A stretch of DNA of 64,000 bases, taken from Squalus acanthias. Its lineage: Eukaryota. The stretch covers positions 119,228,001-119,292,000 of the forward strand of contig CM059431.1 in the NCBI GenBank assembly GCA_030390025.1. Direction: 5' to 3'. A program made the position numbers and the translations under genes. The notes beneath the pieces were generated by a model that had not been told where the DNA came from, did no database searches, and worked only from the letters and a program-made list of their open reading frames with translations. Shown here piece after piece: positions 49,545 through 62,379 of the stretch; positions within the stretch are counted from its first letter, which is position 1; each line of letters starts with the position of its first letter.

Positions 49545-50400
49545 CCATATTATTTCATACATTCAGAAGCACCTTGCAGTATCCCATTTCAACATCTAAT
49601 TGTTTCTTGAACGCATCCAAGGTTTTCATCTCCACTGCTCTACGAGGAAGGTCATTCCAAGTGCTGATCACTCTTTGTGTGAAGAAGAACTTTCTGATAT
49701 CAGTCTTAAAGTTACCTTTTACTGATTTGGACGTGTCCTACTCTTACAATATGATGTAATATTCCGAATTTACATTTTCCATGCTAATTACTAACTTACC
49801 TCTATAAAGTCATCTCTCAGTTGCCTCCTTTCCAGGCTGGAAATCCCAAGTCTCTCCAATCTTTCCTCATAACTCAGATGCTCTGATATTAGGGATCAGC
49901 CTCATGGCTCTTTTCTGCACTGCCTCCAGTGATTGAATTCTGCCCTGTTTCTCAGCGACCAGAACTGGATGCAACATTCAAGATGTAGTCTGACCAGGGA
50001 ACTGTAGAGTTTAATCCCAACTTCCTCTGACATATATTCAAATGTTATGGCTATGAAGTTTAATATTCCATTTGGCATTCTTAATTGCTGCCTTGCATTG
50101 GGTGGACATGTTTAGAGTCAAGCCTATTAAGATTGCTAAGTCTCTTTCCACTGTTTTGTCAACCCCAGCTCCCTCTCCTGCTTTGCAACCTTAAACAGGT
50201 AACCCTGGATGGTACCTACATGCCTGGAATTAGGCAAATCCAAATGCATAACACTTCATCTATCGACAGTGAAGAACATTTGCCGCACATGGACCCATTC
50301 CCCCAGTATATCTAGATCAGCCGATACCATATTTATTTCACCTATATTTCCATCTCCTGCACACATCATTGTGTCATCAGAAAACTTTACATATATGCAC
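49545..50400 (-). mobile_element. Old CR1 LINE fragment
   Basis: The reverse strand has degraded CR1 C-terminal sequence (gttcttcttcacacaaagagtg..., tgcatccagttctggtc...). Confidence 0.55.
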
Positions 50401-51134
50401 TATTTCTTTTGTTATATTTTTAGCACTGTTGGGACAGTTTGTACTATTTTCTAAAGAATACCAAGTCAATTCTCCCAACTTCACTCAGCCCAACTCAACT
50501 TAATAAACAGACCCAGCCATGTATATACCCTCTCACCAGTTATCGTGGCTTCTTTGGATTGTTTATAACTGACATCTGGCTTCAAAAATAATTGTCTGTC
50601 ATGCCCGTAACTGAACAAATCACAAAGTCTGTGTTTGCTCAAAATTGCTTGTTGCTCCCCTCCAGCCTACGATTCAAAAACCAGTTCAAACCAATGTCTC
50701 AACACTTTTATTGAATTCAGCTGGGACTTGTTTGTAGTTTAACTGGAACTGGCTTTAGACTCTGCAGTTTGTGTTTTCTGCTTCTGCACTTACCAGCTGA
50801 GATTTTCCTCTCCACTGAAATGAATTGGGGGAGAGAATTACAGGCTCGCAAGGGCGCAAGTTACAAAAACTCCTGTCCTCATGTATTATAACTGGATTTA
50901 AACGGGACAGCCAACAAACCAAACCTAGAAAAACAAAAATACTCCATTTTCGTTGCAGAGGCACAAACACTCACAGATTAGTTCTAACATCATTAGCAAT
51001 CTACATTGCTGACAAATCTACACAAATACTTGTCATTTGTTTATTTTTATTCATGTTATAAATCACGTAATAATGAATGGAAGTGGAAATTGTTTTGTAA
51101 AAATAATTGCTTTTTTCACGTGCCACTGTGAGGA

Positions 51135-51655
51135 ATAGAAACATAGAAACATAGAAAACTAGGAGCAGGAGTAGGCCATTCGGCCCTTCGAGCCTGCTCC
51201 GCCATTCAATATGATCATGGCTGATCCTCTTTCTCAATACCATATTCCCGCTCTCTCCCCATACCCCTTGATGCCTTTTGTGTCTAGAAACCTATCTATC
51301 TCCTTCTTAAATATATTCAGTGACTTGGCCTCCACAGCCTTCTGTGGTAGAGAATTCCACAGGTTCACCACCCTCTGAGTGAAGAAATTTCTCCTCATCT
51401 CAGTCCTAAATGTCCTACCCCGTATCCTGAGACTGTGACCCCTCGTTCTAGACCCCCCAGCCAGGGGAAACATCCTCCCTGCATCCAGTCTGTCTAGCCC
51501 TGTCAGAATTTTATACGTTTCAATGAGATCCCCTCTCATTCTTCTAAACTCTAGTGAATACAGGCCTAGTCGACCCAATCTCTCCTCATACGACAGTCCT
51601 GCCATCCCAGGAATCAGTCTGATGAACCTTCGCTGCACTCCCTCTATGGCAAGTA
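51135..51655 (-). mobile_element. Young CR1 LINE 3' end
   Basis: Open frame IEGVQRRFIRLIPGMAGLSYEERLGRLGLYSLEFRRMRGDLIETYKIL...FFTQRVVNLWNSLP; (tttctatg)n tail. Confidence 0.92.
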
Positions 51656-53044
51656 TATTAGCACTAGAAATTAACCATTCCTCTGCTGTATAATCAGCAT
51701 CAAACACTTCCAGGTCAGACACAATTCCTGGTTACATGAACATTAAATCATCCTTGTCTCTTTTCCAACAAAATGGTTCAATCTCAACCTAGGATGAGCA
51801 CTCTCAACTGTAATCCTCCATACGGATACAATGGACTTTACACCAATAGTGTTGGATTTTTTTTCAAAAGTACTTTCTGTGTCACTCATATTGTATAGTT
51901 GATACTGATCTTTCCTGTGCAAGCTATGCCTCACTAACTGTTAATTTTTAAATCAACAATATCCTGTTGAGGGATTGTATTGAAGGATATTTTATATGTG
52001 TAGAGCATCATCCTTCTAACAACAGGAATTACTGCAGTAACAAAATCCTTTTATTCTTCACATTAGTTGCACTCCATATATAGTCTCCAAACTTCCTGGG
52101 ATTGGGAAGTGCGTAAGTCCCATTTACACGCAGGAGACACGGAATATTGGCCAGGGCTCTGTCGGGCTTTCGCAGCCATGGACCAGACTTTTAAATTACA
52201 GTTATGATGGCCTTGGGCGGATCTTCTGTTTACCCACTTACGTGCATCAAGGGGGTGTTTTAAGGGGAGTTCCCATGGGTTTTGACCTGGTGTGAGTCAG
52301 TTTGAGGCCATCTGAACATCCCAACCTTAACTAAAATAATGTAGTCAATCCCAGAGGGGATGGATTATCTTCTCTAGTTGGACTGGCTCCAGTGTGAGCT
52401 AAAAAGAACTTTAAAAAACATGAATTGGCCCATTTAGGCCTTGTGAGGACTCAGCTCTGCCTTAGCAGGGTAGATCAGTTCACACCACTGCCGAAGCACC
52501 TTTGCAGGTGTCGGTGGTCCACCCTATCTATGCAAATTACCCTGTCCCTGGGATTTGGGATGGGATGTCTGGCCTTGGGATACGTTGCCTGGGGGCTCCA
52601 CTTCTCTGCACTTAAGCTGACTGGGGGTGCAGAAAAATGTTCAGGCCATACAGTTTGGTTGACTATCAAAGCGGCACTTACTAAGTGGAGGGTCAACAAG
52701 TAAACTGTGTAAGCAATCCTATTAAATAAGTAAATATGGCCAGCAACAAAATGAATGAAATCAAGACCCAATAGAAAAAATGGAAGATAAAACTCTACCA
52801 CACAGTGCTGTCTGATTGACTAGATTTAGGCTATGTTATCTGGCGAACATGAATGGATGACTCTGGCAGTTCTACAGATTTCCTTAATTGACAATGTCAG
52901 CAACAATGAATGAGCCTATTCCTCTAGCGAATGACTTTTTGAGACAGTTTGTAAAGGCGTGATTTAACCATCCACTTAGAAAGACAATTCTTTGAAAAAG
53001 GATGGCTAAGCATTCCATTCTTAAAAGAAGTATAAAGAGGACTT

Positions 53045-54040
53045 TATTTTTATTTGTTTATGGGATCAGGGCGTCGCTGGCAATGCCAGCATTTATTGCC
53101 CATCCCTAGTTGCCCTTGAGAAGGTGATGGTTAGGAAGGGAGTTCCAGGATTTTGACCCAGCGACGATGAAGGATCGGTGAAATACTTCTAAGTCAGGAT
53201 GGTGTGTGACTTGGAGGGGAACTTGGAGGTGGTGGTGTTCCCATATGCCTGCTGCCCTTGTCCTTCTAGGTGGAAGAGGTCGCGGGTTTGGGAGGTGCTG
53301 CCGAAGAAGCCTTGGCGAGTTGCTGCAGTGCATCTTGTAGATGGTACACACTGCAGCCACAGTACGCTGGTGGTGGAGGGAGTGAATGTTTAAGGTGGTG
53401 GATGGGGTGCCAATCAAGTGGGCTGCTTTGTCCTGGATGGTGTCGAGCTTCTTGAGTGTTGTTGGAGCTGCACTCATCCAGGCAAGTGGAGAGTATTCCA
53501 TCACACACCTTACTTGTGCCTTGTAGATGGTGGAAAGGCTTTGGGGAGTCAGGAGGTGAGGCACTCGCCGCAGAATACCTAGCCTCTGACCTAATCTTGT
53601 TGCCACAGTATTTATGTGGCTGGTCCAGTTAAGTTTCTGGTTAATGGTGATGCCCAGGATGTTGATAGTGGGGGATTCGGCGATGGTAATGCCATTGAAT
53701 GTCAAGGGGAGGTGGTTAGACTCTCGCTTGTTGGAGATGGTCATTGCCTGGCACTTCTGTGGCGCGAATGTTACCTGTCACTTATCAGCCCAAGCCTGAA
53801 CGTCGTCCAGGTCTTGTTGCATGCGAGCATGGACTGCTTCATTATCTGTGGAGTTGCGAATGGCGCTGAACACTGTGCAGTCATCAGCGAACATCCCCAT
53901 GTCTGACCTTATGTTGGAGGGAAGGTCATTGATGTAGCAGCTGAAGATGGTTGGGTCTAGGACACTACCCTGAGGAACTCCTGCAGTGATGTCTTGGGGC
54001 TGTGATGATTGACCTTCAACCACCACAACCATATTCCTTT
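53045..54040 (-). mobile_element. CR1/L2-group LINE 3' portion
   Basis: GVPQGSVLDPTIFSCYINDL...MFADDCTVF; YKAQVRCVMEYSPLAW. Confidence 0.9.
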
Positions 54041-55459
54041 GTGGACTAGTTGATATGAACAGATTAGATGTATCTGTAGACCTCAAGATGGTTTGTTTGC
54101 AGAGAAAAACAATGGAAATTGGGTAGAATAATTGAATGATGTGAAATTAAAGAGAATGAAAAGAGTATAGCCATTTGCTTCATTATTGGTGGTTGTGGAT
54201 GGAAGGACACTGATAGCTTAGGATATCAGTGCTATGGCGATCCACCAAAATAGCAAACAGGAGTCTATCTTTAATATCTGGTAATAAGAAAGGGATATGG
54301 ACATTCATAAACCCTCAATTCAGGGTTAATCAAAACATTTGGGACATAAATGGTCAGGCAAGCATATAGTTAATTGTTTTTGACAAAAATAATTGGATAT
54401 TAAATTACTGCTTAAAACATAGTTTAATAAATGTAACTACTTTTCAGCATTGAACTAAATCGTGTTGGAGGCCAACTACCTTGATACAGCTTGAGTTGAA
54501 AATGATGAGAATGTGCTCTTTCTAACTAATGACCTGAACTTAGTTCAGGAGAAAAAAGAACTGTCTAATGGTCTGTAGGCATGGTTCATATTGGTTGATA
54601 TCTACAATGCAGCCACGCTTGCAAGAATCGCTTGAAGTATTTTTCAAAATGTTCCAATTGCAAGTATACTGATAGGTTAAAACCAATTATATATAAATGA
54701 ATACCCAGTTTGAAGAATAAAGAAAGGCAGCCGCAGTGCAGGCACCAAAAAGGCAGCTATTCAATGCCGTTATCCAGGTCATTTATCCCAAATGACTTCA
54801 ATGATGAATAGGTGGATCCAGACATGCTCTTTCTTGGTGAGATTGTTTAAATTCTACCCATTTTTAATTGTTATCAAAGACATATTGCCAACAGAATGGT
54901 TTAAAGTTTTAGTGTACTGCTGGTGGAAGGAACATCATTCCTGGTTGTAATAATTAAATCTCTTCACACACAACTGAGTCTTTTGCTATAAGGGTACACT
55001 TGTTTTTAATTATTTTCATTCATGTGTATCATTCTTAGGCTTGGAGTTTCAACAGGCAGATGAGACACAGCAAACCACTTTGTTTTAATGACATTTTATA
55101 GATTTTATTTAAATTAATAGATATTTCACTTTTTATTCTAGCTCATCAGCTTATATTATGAATTAAACAATAATTAACAAAATAAAGCATGTGCCTTATT
55201 TACCTATTGAAATCCCTCTTATACTAACAATCACTCAGTACATTGGCAGTCGGAGTTAAGAATACAAGCTCTTCAATGTGTTTATGCTACATATTTTTTA
55301 CAAGTGAGTATGTAGATTACTCCAAAGTGCAAGGGATAGTTTGACTGTTTGGTGCATCAGTGTTTTTTCCTGTAATGGTGCATGTAGATTCCTTAGGGCC
55401 AATTTTCACCTTTGGTAGGGTGATTGAACTGGAGGGCGATTGTGCCACAATTTCCTCCT

Positions 55460-57560
55460 GTTAAACATTGAAAAGACTGAAGTAATTGTCTTCGGCCGCC
55501 ACCACAAACTCCGTTCCCTTGTCACTGATTCCACCCCTGTCCCCAGCCATTGTCTCAGGTTGAACAAGACTGTTCACAGCTTTGGCGGCCAATTTAACCC
55601 CAAGCTGCATTTCTGACTCCATAGCCTCTCCAGTGGGGGCGATTTTAACCCTACTCGCTCAACAGAAACCTTGCGGGTGGGCAGTTAAAATCGTCCTGTA
55701 CGAAAGCTGCCATGATCGCAACATCTGCAATTTTAGCCTGCTCTCCTGAGCAGGCAGCAAGGACACACGCCTGGAGCCAACAGGGTCCTTCTTTACATAT
55801 GCATGTTGTGGCCCAATGACATCATTGAGACCCGACCGAAATTTTAACTCAGGCCTGAGTGGGGAAGCCACCTGGAGTTAAAATTGGGGCTAACTGCCTA
55901 TTTCCACCTCTGCATCCTTGCCCAGCTCCACCTCTGCCTCTGCCTCAGCAAATCTGCTGCTGAAACTCTCATCCATGCCTTTGTCTCCTGTAGACTCAAC
56001 AATTCTAATGTTGTCCTGGCCAGCCTTTTATTATGCATGCTCTGTCAAATTCCACTCATCAAAAACTCTGCTGCTCATATCCTGTCCCATACCTAGTCCT
56101 TCTGTGCTCGCTGACTTACATTGGCTCCCGGTCCTTCCACGCCTGTAATTTAAATATCATCCTCATATTTATATCACTTCATGGGTTTGCTCCTCCCTAT
56201 CTCTCTAATCTCCTCCAACCTGAAAAGCACCTAGATCTTTCTGTTTCTCTCACTTTGCCTTCATGTGCATCCCCCTCCCTTTGCCCCACTATTGACAGCT
56301 GTTCCTCCATCCGTCTAAGCCTATGTTCAGGATATACCTCCTTATGCCACATTACCTCCCCCTCATCTTTAAAAACCCTCCTTAAAACCTACCCCTTTAA
56401 CCAAGCTTAGAGCCTAGATGGCTGAAGGCATGTCCACCAGTGTTGGGGTGAAGAAAGTAGGGGCTGTAAAAGAGGCCGGAGTTAGTGGAACACAGAGTTC
56501 TCAAAGGGTTGGTTGTTGGGCTGGAGGAGGTTCAAGATAGGGAGTTGCGAGGCCATAAAGTGATTTGAACTCAAGGATGGCAATTTTAAATTGGAGGCGT
56601 TGTGGGGCCAGGAGCCAACGTAGGTTAGTGAGCACAGGGGTGAAGGGAGAGCAGGTTAAGGTATGGGGAGCAAAGTTTTGCAGGAGCTGAAGTCATAGAG
56701 GATGTCATTTGTGACTTTGATTAGGGCCATCTCGGTGCTGTGGCAGGAGTTTCAAAAGATCCAACATGGAGTTGTGGGAAAGATTGGCACGGATTTGGGA
56801 GGAGGCAATGCATTCAAGGGCTTTAGAGAGGAAAGTGAGCTGGAGATTTGGTGGTAGTTTACAAGGACAGGGGGTGGGGGGAGGGGGGGATTGGTCAAGG
56901 TACAGTTTTTGGAGGAGTGGGTGATGATGGTGGTTTTGAAAGGGAAGGGGACAATACCTCCTGAGAAGAAAGCATTCACAATATCAGCCAGCATGGGAGC
57001 CAAGAAGGGATGTTGGATGGTCAGCAGTTAGTGGGAATTAGTTTGAGAGCGCACGAGGTGTGCCTCAAGGACAAGATGAGTTCAGAGAGCGGATAGGAGA
57101 GAAACCAGTGAAAGTTTCAGGGAGAGAGAAAGAGGAAACCTTCAGGATGGTTTGGCCTGGTGGGTAAGGGGAATGGCTAGATGCCATAGAGGCAGCTGAA
57201 CAGATGGTCTCAATCCTAGTGACAAAGAGGTTCATGAGCTCCTCACACTTGTTGTTGGAGACAAGGGTGGAGAGGCCAGGGAAAAGGAGTTTAAGGAAAT
57301 GGTTGGTAGTGAAGAAAAGAAGCTGGGGATGATCATTGCACTTTGTGATGATCCTAGAGCAGTGAACGCTTTGGCAGAGAATAGCAAAGTCTGATAATAC
57401 TTGATGCTGGACACCAGATACATTCAAGTATGTGCCCTTGGAATAAAGTGAAGATGGAGGCCATACCAGAAGGAATTACCAGGGTGGGAGAGAGTTTAGG
57501 TTTTATTGGGGACAAGGGTATGAAAGGTGAGGGAGTGATTGATCAGATTGACAGCTGCAG
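55460..57560. mobile_element. L2 LINE fragments (+ 55460-56410 with a small MITE at ~55635-55890; - 56410-57560)
   Basis: AAETLIHAFVSCRL, ADLHWLPV; on the reverse strand MLADIVNAFFSGGIVPFPFK. Confidence 0.7.
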
Positions 57561-57778
57561 AAATCTCTTCCTTTGGTTCAGCATTCATTTTTTGTCTGAT
57601 TACTCCTCTGTGAAGAACCTTGGAACATTTTTCTATGCCAAAGGTGCTATATAAATACAAGTTATACATCTCATTGTCTTGGCTGTGCTCTTAGTGTGTC
57701 TTTGATGTAGGGAAAGATTTGAATAGATTTTGTCTGTGTTTAAATTGTGAATTCTGGGAGATTCTCTCACTGCTAACC

Positions 57779-57815
57779 TACCTGAGGAAGGAGCGAACAG
57801 CTCCGAAAGCTTGTA
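57779..57815 (+). ncRNA. Minimal hammerhead ribozyme in a solitary Penelope pLTR fragment (~57700-57905)
   Basis: tac-CTGAGGA-aGGAGCgaacaGCTCC-GAAA-gc-TT-gta. Downstream sequence matches 3970-4014 and the reverse complement of 2744-2790. Confidence 0.75.
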
Positions 57816-59094
57816 AAATTAAATAAATCTGTTGGACTATAACCTGGTGTTGTGCGACTTCTCATTTTTGTCCACCCCAGTCCAACGCCGGCATCTCCAC
57901 ATCATAAAATAAGTTTGACACAGTACCCTTGTCATTACCTCAAGGACAGGGAGGCTCATACACTATATTCAAATTGTCAAACTCATTCTTTGCATAGAAA
58001 TATAAAATAATGTTTTACTCAACGGAAATTGAAATGTCATGGAAGTAGATCATTAGGATGAAAAATAAATTTAAAAGTACATTTTTTCATCTGTTTTCCT
58101 CCTGTCAGCTGAGCAAAGATGAATATTAACATGAGAAATCCCCAAAGAGTCCAGGACTTGGTACATGTAAGCGAGAAACCCTGTCGAACAGAGAGAAAAA
58201 ATGATGTGGCAGACATTCAGAAAGGCTATAAAATGGGCTTGGTGCAGTTGTCAAATCTCACTTGTGTTCAAAAACCTTTATATCTGGATGTTTAAGGCGG
58301 TTTACAACATTCATTGACTGAAGAGGTTGCAGTAAAGTTCAGTCCCATGTGTAAATGAAGCTGTGAATGGAGCTGAGAGTTGTGATTGGTTATGCCAGCT
58401 TATTTACAGTGATTTAATAGCCTGGTTTGGGGCACTGATGGGTTTGACATCAATTTCATGCATTTAAAGCATGACTTTGAAGAGAATTATACACCAGTGA
58501 ATTTTTGCTTGTGCTCTTTAAGAGCTGTCAATTAGATTTTGCCTTTCTTAACTGCTGTGGGTCAGATCTTAACTTGGTCTTAAAAAGCAAAAAGCAGTGA
58601 CCTGAACTGAAATAGCTTGCCCATCAAATAACGAGTCACATTAAATAACCAGCTTTGGGGATTAGCTCAAGTCTGTTATAAATCTTAAAATAATTGTAAA
58701 AAATGTTTATTCAACCATTGCTGTTATCATTCAACTGAAATATGCTGCTGCTGGATTTATTCTTATTATACACAAATACTATTCTCATATGTGCTTGACA
58801 GTGATGGTTTGTGGCTTTTGCGCTGATGCATGTCTGGCACTTCATTGGGTCAACACACAAAATGTTACTGATATCAGGATTATTGTAAATTTAATCCTAA
58901 CAAGAAAAGTTGAGGGATTTTAAAGAAGCAGATGGGTTGGTGTTTAACTTATTAAAAGAAAATCAGCGTCCGACAAAAATTGGCATAGAATGGCCGAATA
59001 ATGACGTTTTGGATTGGATTGTACTCTACAAACTGTTGGTGTTGAACCAGGAACCGGGGACCATCTGTGCAAGCAAAATCTATTAAGAACATCA

Positions 59095-60110
59095 ACAACA
59101 ACTTTTATTTATATATTTATTTAACGTAACAAAACGTCCCAAGGTGCTTCACAAAATAAAATTGATACCGAGCCATATAAGGAGATATTAGGGCAGATGA
59201 CCAAAAGCTTGGTCGAAGAGGTAGGTTTAAAGGAGCGTCTTAAAGGAGGAGAGAGAAGTGGAAATGCAGAGAGATTTAGGGAGCGAATTCCAGAGCTTAG
59301 GACCTAGGCAGCTGAAGGCACGACCGCCAATGGTGGAGCATTTAAAATCGGGGATGTTCAAAAGGCCATAATAGGTGGAGCACAGAGGTCTAGGGGGAGG
59401 AGATTACAGAGATAGGGAGGGGCGAGGCCATGGAGGGATTTGAAAACAAGGATAAGAATTTCAAAATCGTGGCGTTGCTTAACTGGGAGCCAATGTAGGT
59501 CAGCAAGCACAGGGGAGATGGGTGAGCGGGACTTGCTGCGAGTTAGCACACGGGCGGCAGAGTTTTGGATGACCTCAAGTTTATGGAGGTTGGAACTAGG
59601 GAGGCCGACCAGAAGTGTGTTGGAATAGTCAAGTCTAGAGGTAACAAAGGCATGGATGAGGGTTTCAGCAGCAGATAAGTTGTGGTAAGGGTGGAGACGG
59701 GCGATATTACGAAGTTGGAAATGGGCAGTCTCAGTGATAGAACGGATATGAGGTAGGAACCTCAATTCATGATCAAATATGACACCAAGGTTGCGAACAG
59801 ACTTGGTCAGCCTTAGACAGTTGCCGAGGAGAGAGATCGAATCAGTGGAAAGGGAATGGAGTTTGTGGCGTGAACCGAAGACAATGGCTTCAGTCTTCTC
59901 GATATTAAATTAGAGGAAATTTCTACTCATCCAATGCTGGATGTTAGACAAGCAGGCTGACAGTGTAGAGAGGGTAGAGGGTTCGAGAGAGGTGAAGGCG
60001 AGGTTGAGCTGAGTATCATCAGCATACATGTGAAAACTCACATTGTGTTGCCGGATTATGTCACTGAGGGGGAGTATGTAGATCAGAAATAGGAGGGGGC
60101 CTAGGATATC
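59095..60110 (-). mobile_element. L2 LINE 3' fragment
   Basis: LGPLLFLIYILPL...HMYADDTQL; TLIHAFVTSRLDYSN...LADLHWLPV. Confidence 0.88.
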
Positions 60111-62167
60111 AACATTAATAGTTGGCCAACTGAAAGTCAGGAACATGCTATCTTTTCTGCATAATATTCTTAACATGTGAGCCACAATTGATGTTGGATG
60201 AATGTGATGTGCATATGTTTTAAATTGACTGATCTGTTCATTATGGCTGTGCAACAAAGTGCATTTGATTGATTCTAGTTTGTCAACCAAGCCTTCAAAG
60301 TTTAGCTGCTTTGTCATCTTAAGATGAAGCAAATCACTCATTAAATTGCAAGTTGATTATTCTCCTCAGAGCTTTACAGGATAGAGTATTTTGGTGTTTA
60401 TATCAACAATTCTAATTCTTTGTACTTTAACAAAATGAAATTTTTAAATGTCCACATGTTCTTGCTACAATTGTGCATTCATGCTGTCTGCTGATAGGCA
60501 AGACCACAAAGATTTAATTTGTTTCTACTGCTTGAGAAATTCAGCATTTAACTTGCTTTGAACTTTCTTCAAATATTTATTGGTTAATTTAGGATTTTTT
60601 TAACATTGTTGTGCGTGGAATGTCAATGTGGGAGAGGAACATAACTATTTTCACTTTCATCTAGCATGGCACTGTTGCTGTTTATCTGCTCTCTGGTTTG
60701 TTACATCAAACCTGCATCAGTTTGCTTTGGTCTGAATCGACATAAACAAAGAAAACCCAAACCTCACACCAAGGTAAATACTTACAAAAGAATTACATTT
60801 ACAATATCAGAAACTTTTCTGTTTCATGCACAGCAGGTTGGCGTTACTATGTTTTCATACTTCACACTCCACTGGCATTATTACCACATTTGGACCTGTT
60901 GTGTTTTTTCAGCTTTGTTAACTACATAATAGGTGGAAATGTCAAGACTTCACCCACGCCCAAAGCAAGCATCAGCAAGCAGAGACTCTCAATGTTTTCC
61001 TGGATGGAATTCAAACAAGTGTCTGGTTTTGAAACACAGTGATTGATGCAAGTGCTTTAGCCAGCTATACCTCCTGTGTATTCTTTACATTTTAAAGCTA
61101 GGTCTTCTGAAGAAAAAACTGCATTGTACTGATTCGATTTTTGGTCATTCTTAACATTATAGTCCACAAATAAAACAGTGAACACCTACATTCAGAATTT
61201 AAATTAAAGTATACATAATATGATTACAGTATTAATTTCTGGCATTGTTGATTGAGGCCCCATAGACCTACAATGATTACCCTCAATCTTCAATTCTTCA
61301 ATGGGAATTCCATCATGCATTAGCTACAAGGAGTTTCTTGGCCATCAATATCTTTATATCACCCACTGTGGACAAAACAAGACCACCAAAAATAGATTAA
61401 AACCATTCTAAAATAACAACTTCATGAGGGAATTTCAAGCCTTTATATTCATTTTAGAGCTAAGGTTTATGACATCTTCTGAACCTATCAATGAAATGAT
61501 TGCCCTATAATCATTCTCAGATCTATGTTAATGTTTAGAAGTATAACCAATGAATCAACGGAACTGCAAATGATTTGGTTATGCAATTATGTTATATCGC
61601 TGCACCATAACTTACCGACGTTAGCCAATGAAATTCAAAGTGAATCACTCACCTAGAATATTTCATGATGAAAGCACTGTGCAACAGCACCGATATCATC
61701 ACTCAATGCAACTAAAGCAAAAAGCAAATCATTGCCACTGGAATTCACCCCAGCTCTGGAGGATAGCAAAGTGAAATAACTTAAAATGTTGTTATCTGTA
61801 TGGGTTTTTAAAGATCACAGTTTAAATTTATAAATATTGTAGTGTATGAGAGGGAGAGGGGTAATACAAATGTTAAAAGGCGAAATTAAAAAAAAATATG
61901 CTGGGTATTGGTAGACCAAACCTTTAAATCATCTTAACTATTTGAAGCAACTCTTAAGACAGAGGGGTAAGGTTATATAAGATAAAGTATTGAATATAAA
62001 TCTAAGAAAATTATAGTAATGCAGTGTAATCAGAGATTTAAATATTTTTAATAAGATCTCTCCACTGCAGTTCTCAGAAAGTCATGTAGTCCTCAAGGCA
62101 CTGAAGAATGTGCCTTAGCAATAAAGTCTTGGCCAAGGTGTAATAATCCATTCTATTGGAATTATCA

Positions 62168-62352
62168 GGGCCAATCTTAACTTAAGCCGTCTGTCGGGAA
62201 ACTGATGGGATCGTGTGCAACGCTGGTTTGACACCCTCACCGATTTTACTCTCTATTGGAGTCAGTGGAGACTGCTATTTGGTGGGGTGCAAAACCGGCA
62301 TTCCATCCGATACCGTGGGTTCCCCGGCCAGCGAGTTAGGTTAAAATTGCCC
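62168..62352. mobile_element. Fold-back MITE with 3-bp TSD tca
   Basis: tca|gggccaatcttaac ... gttaaaattgccc|tca, with internal imperfect palindromy. Confidence 0.65.
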
Positions 62353-62379
62353 TCATGTTGGGCAAGTTTTGGATTGTTA

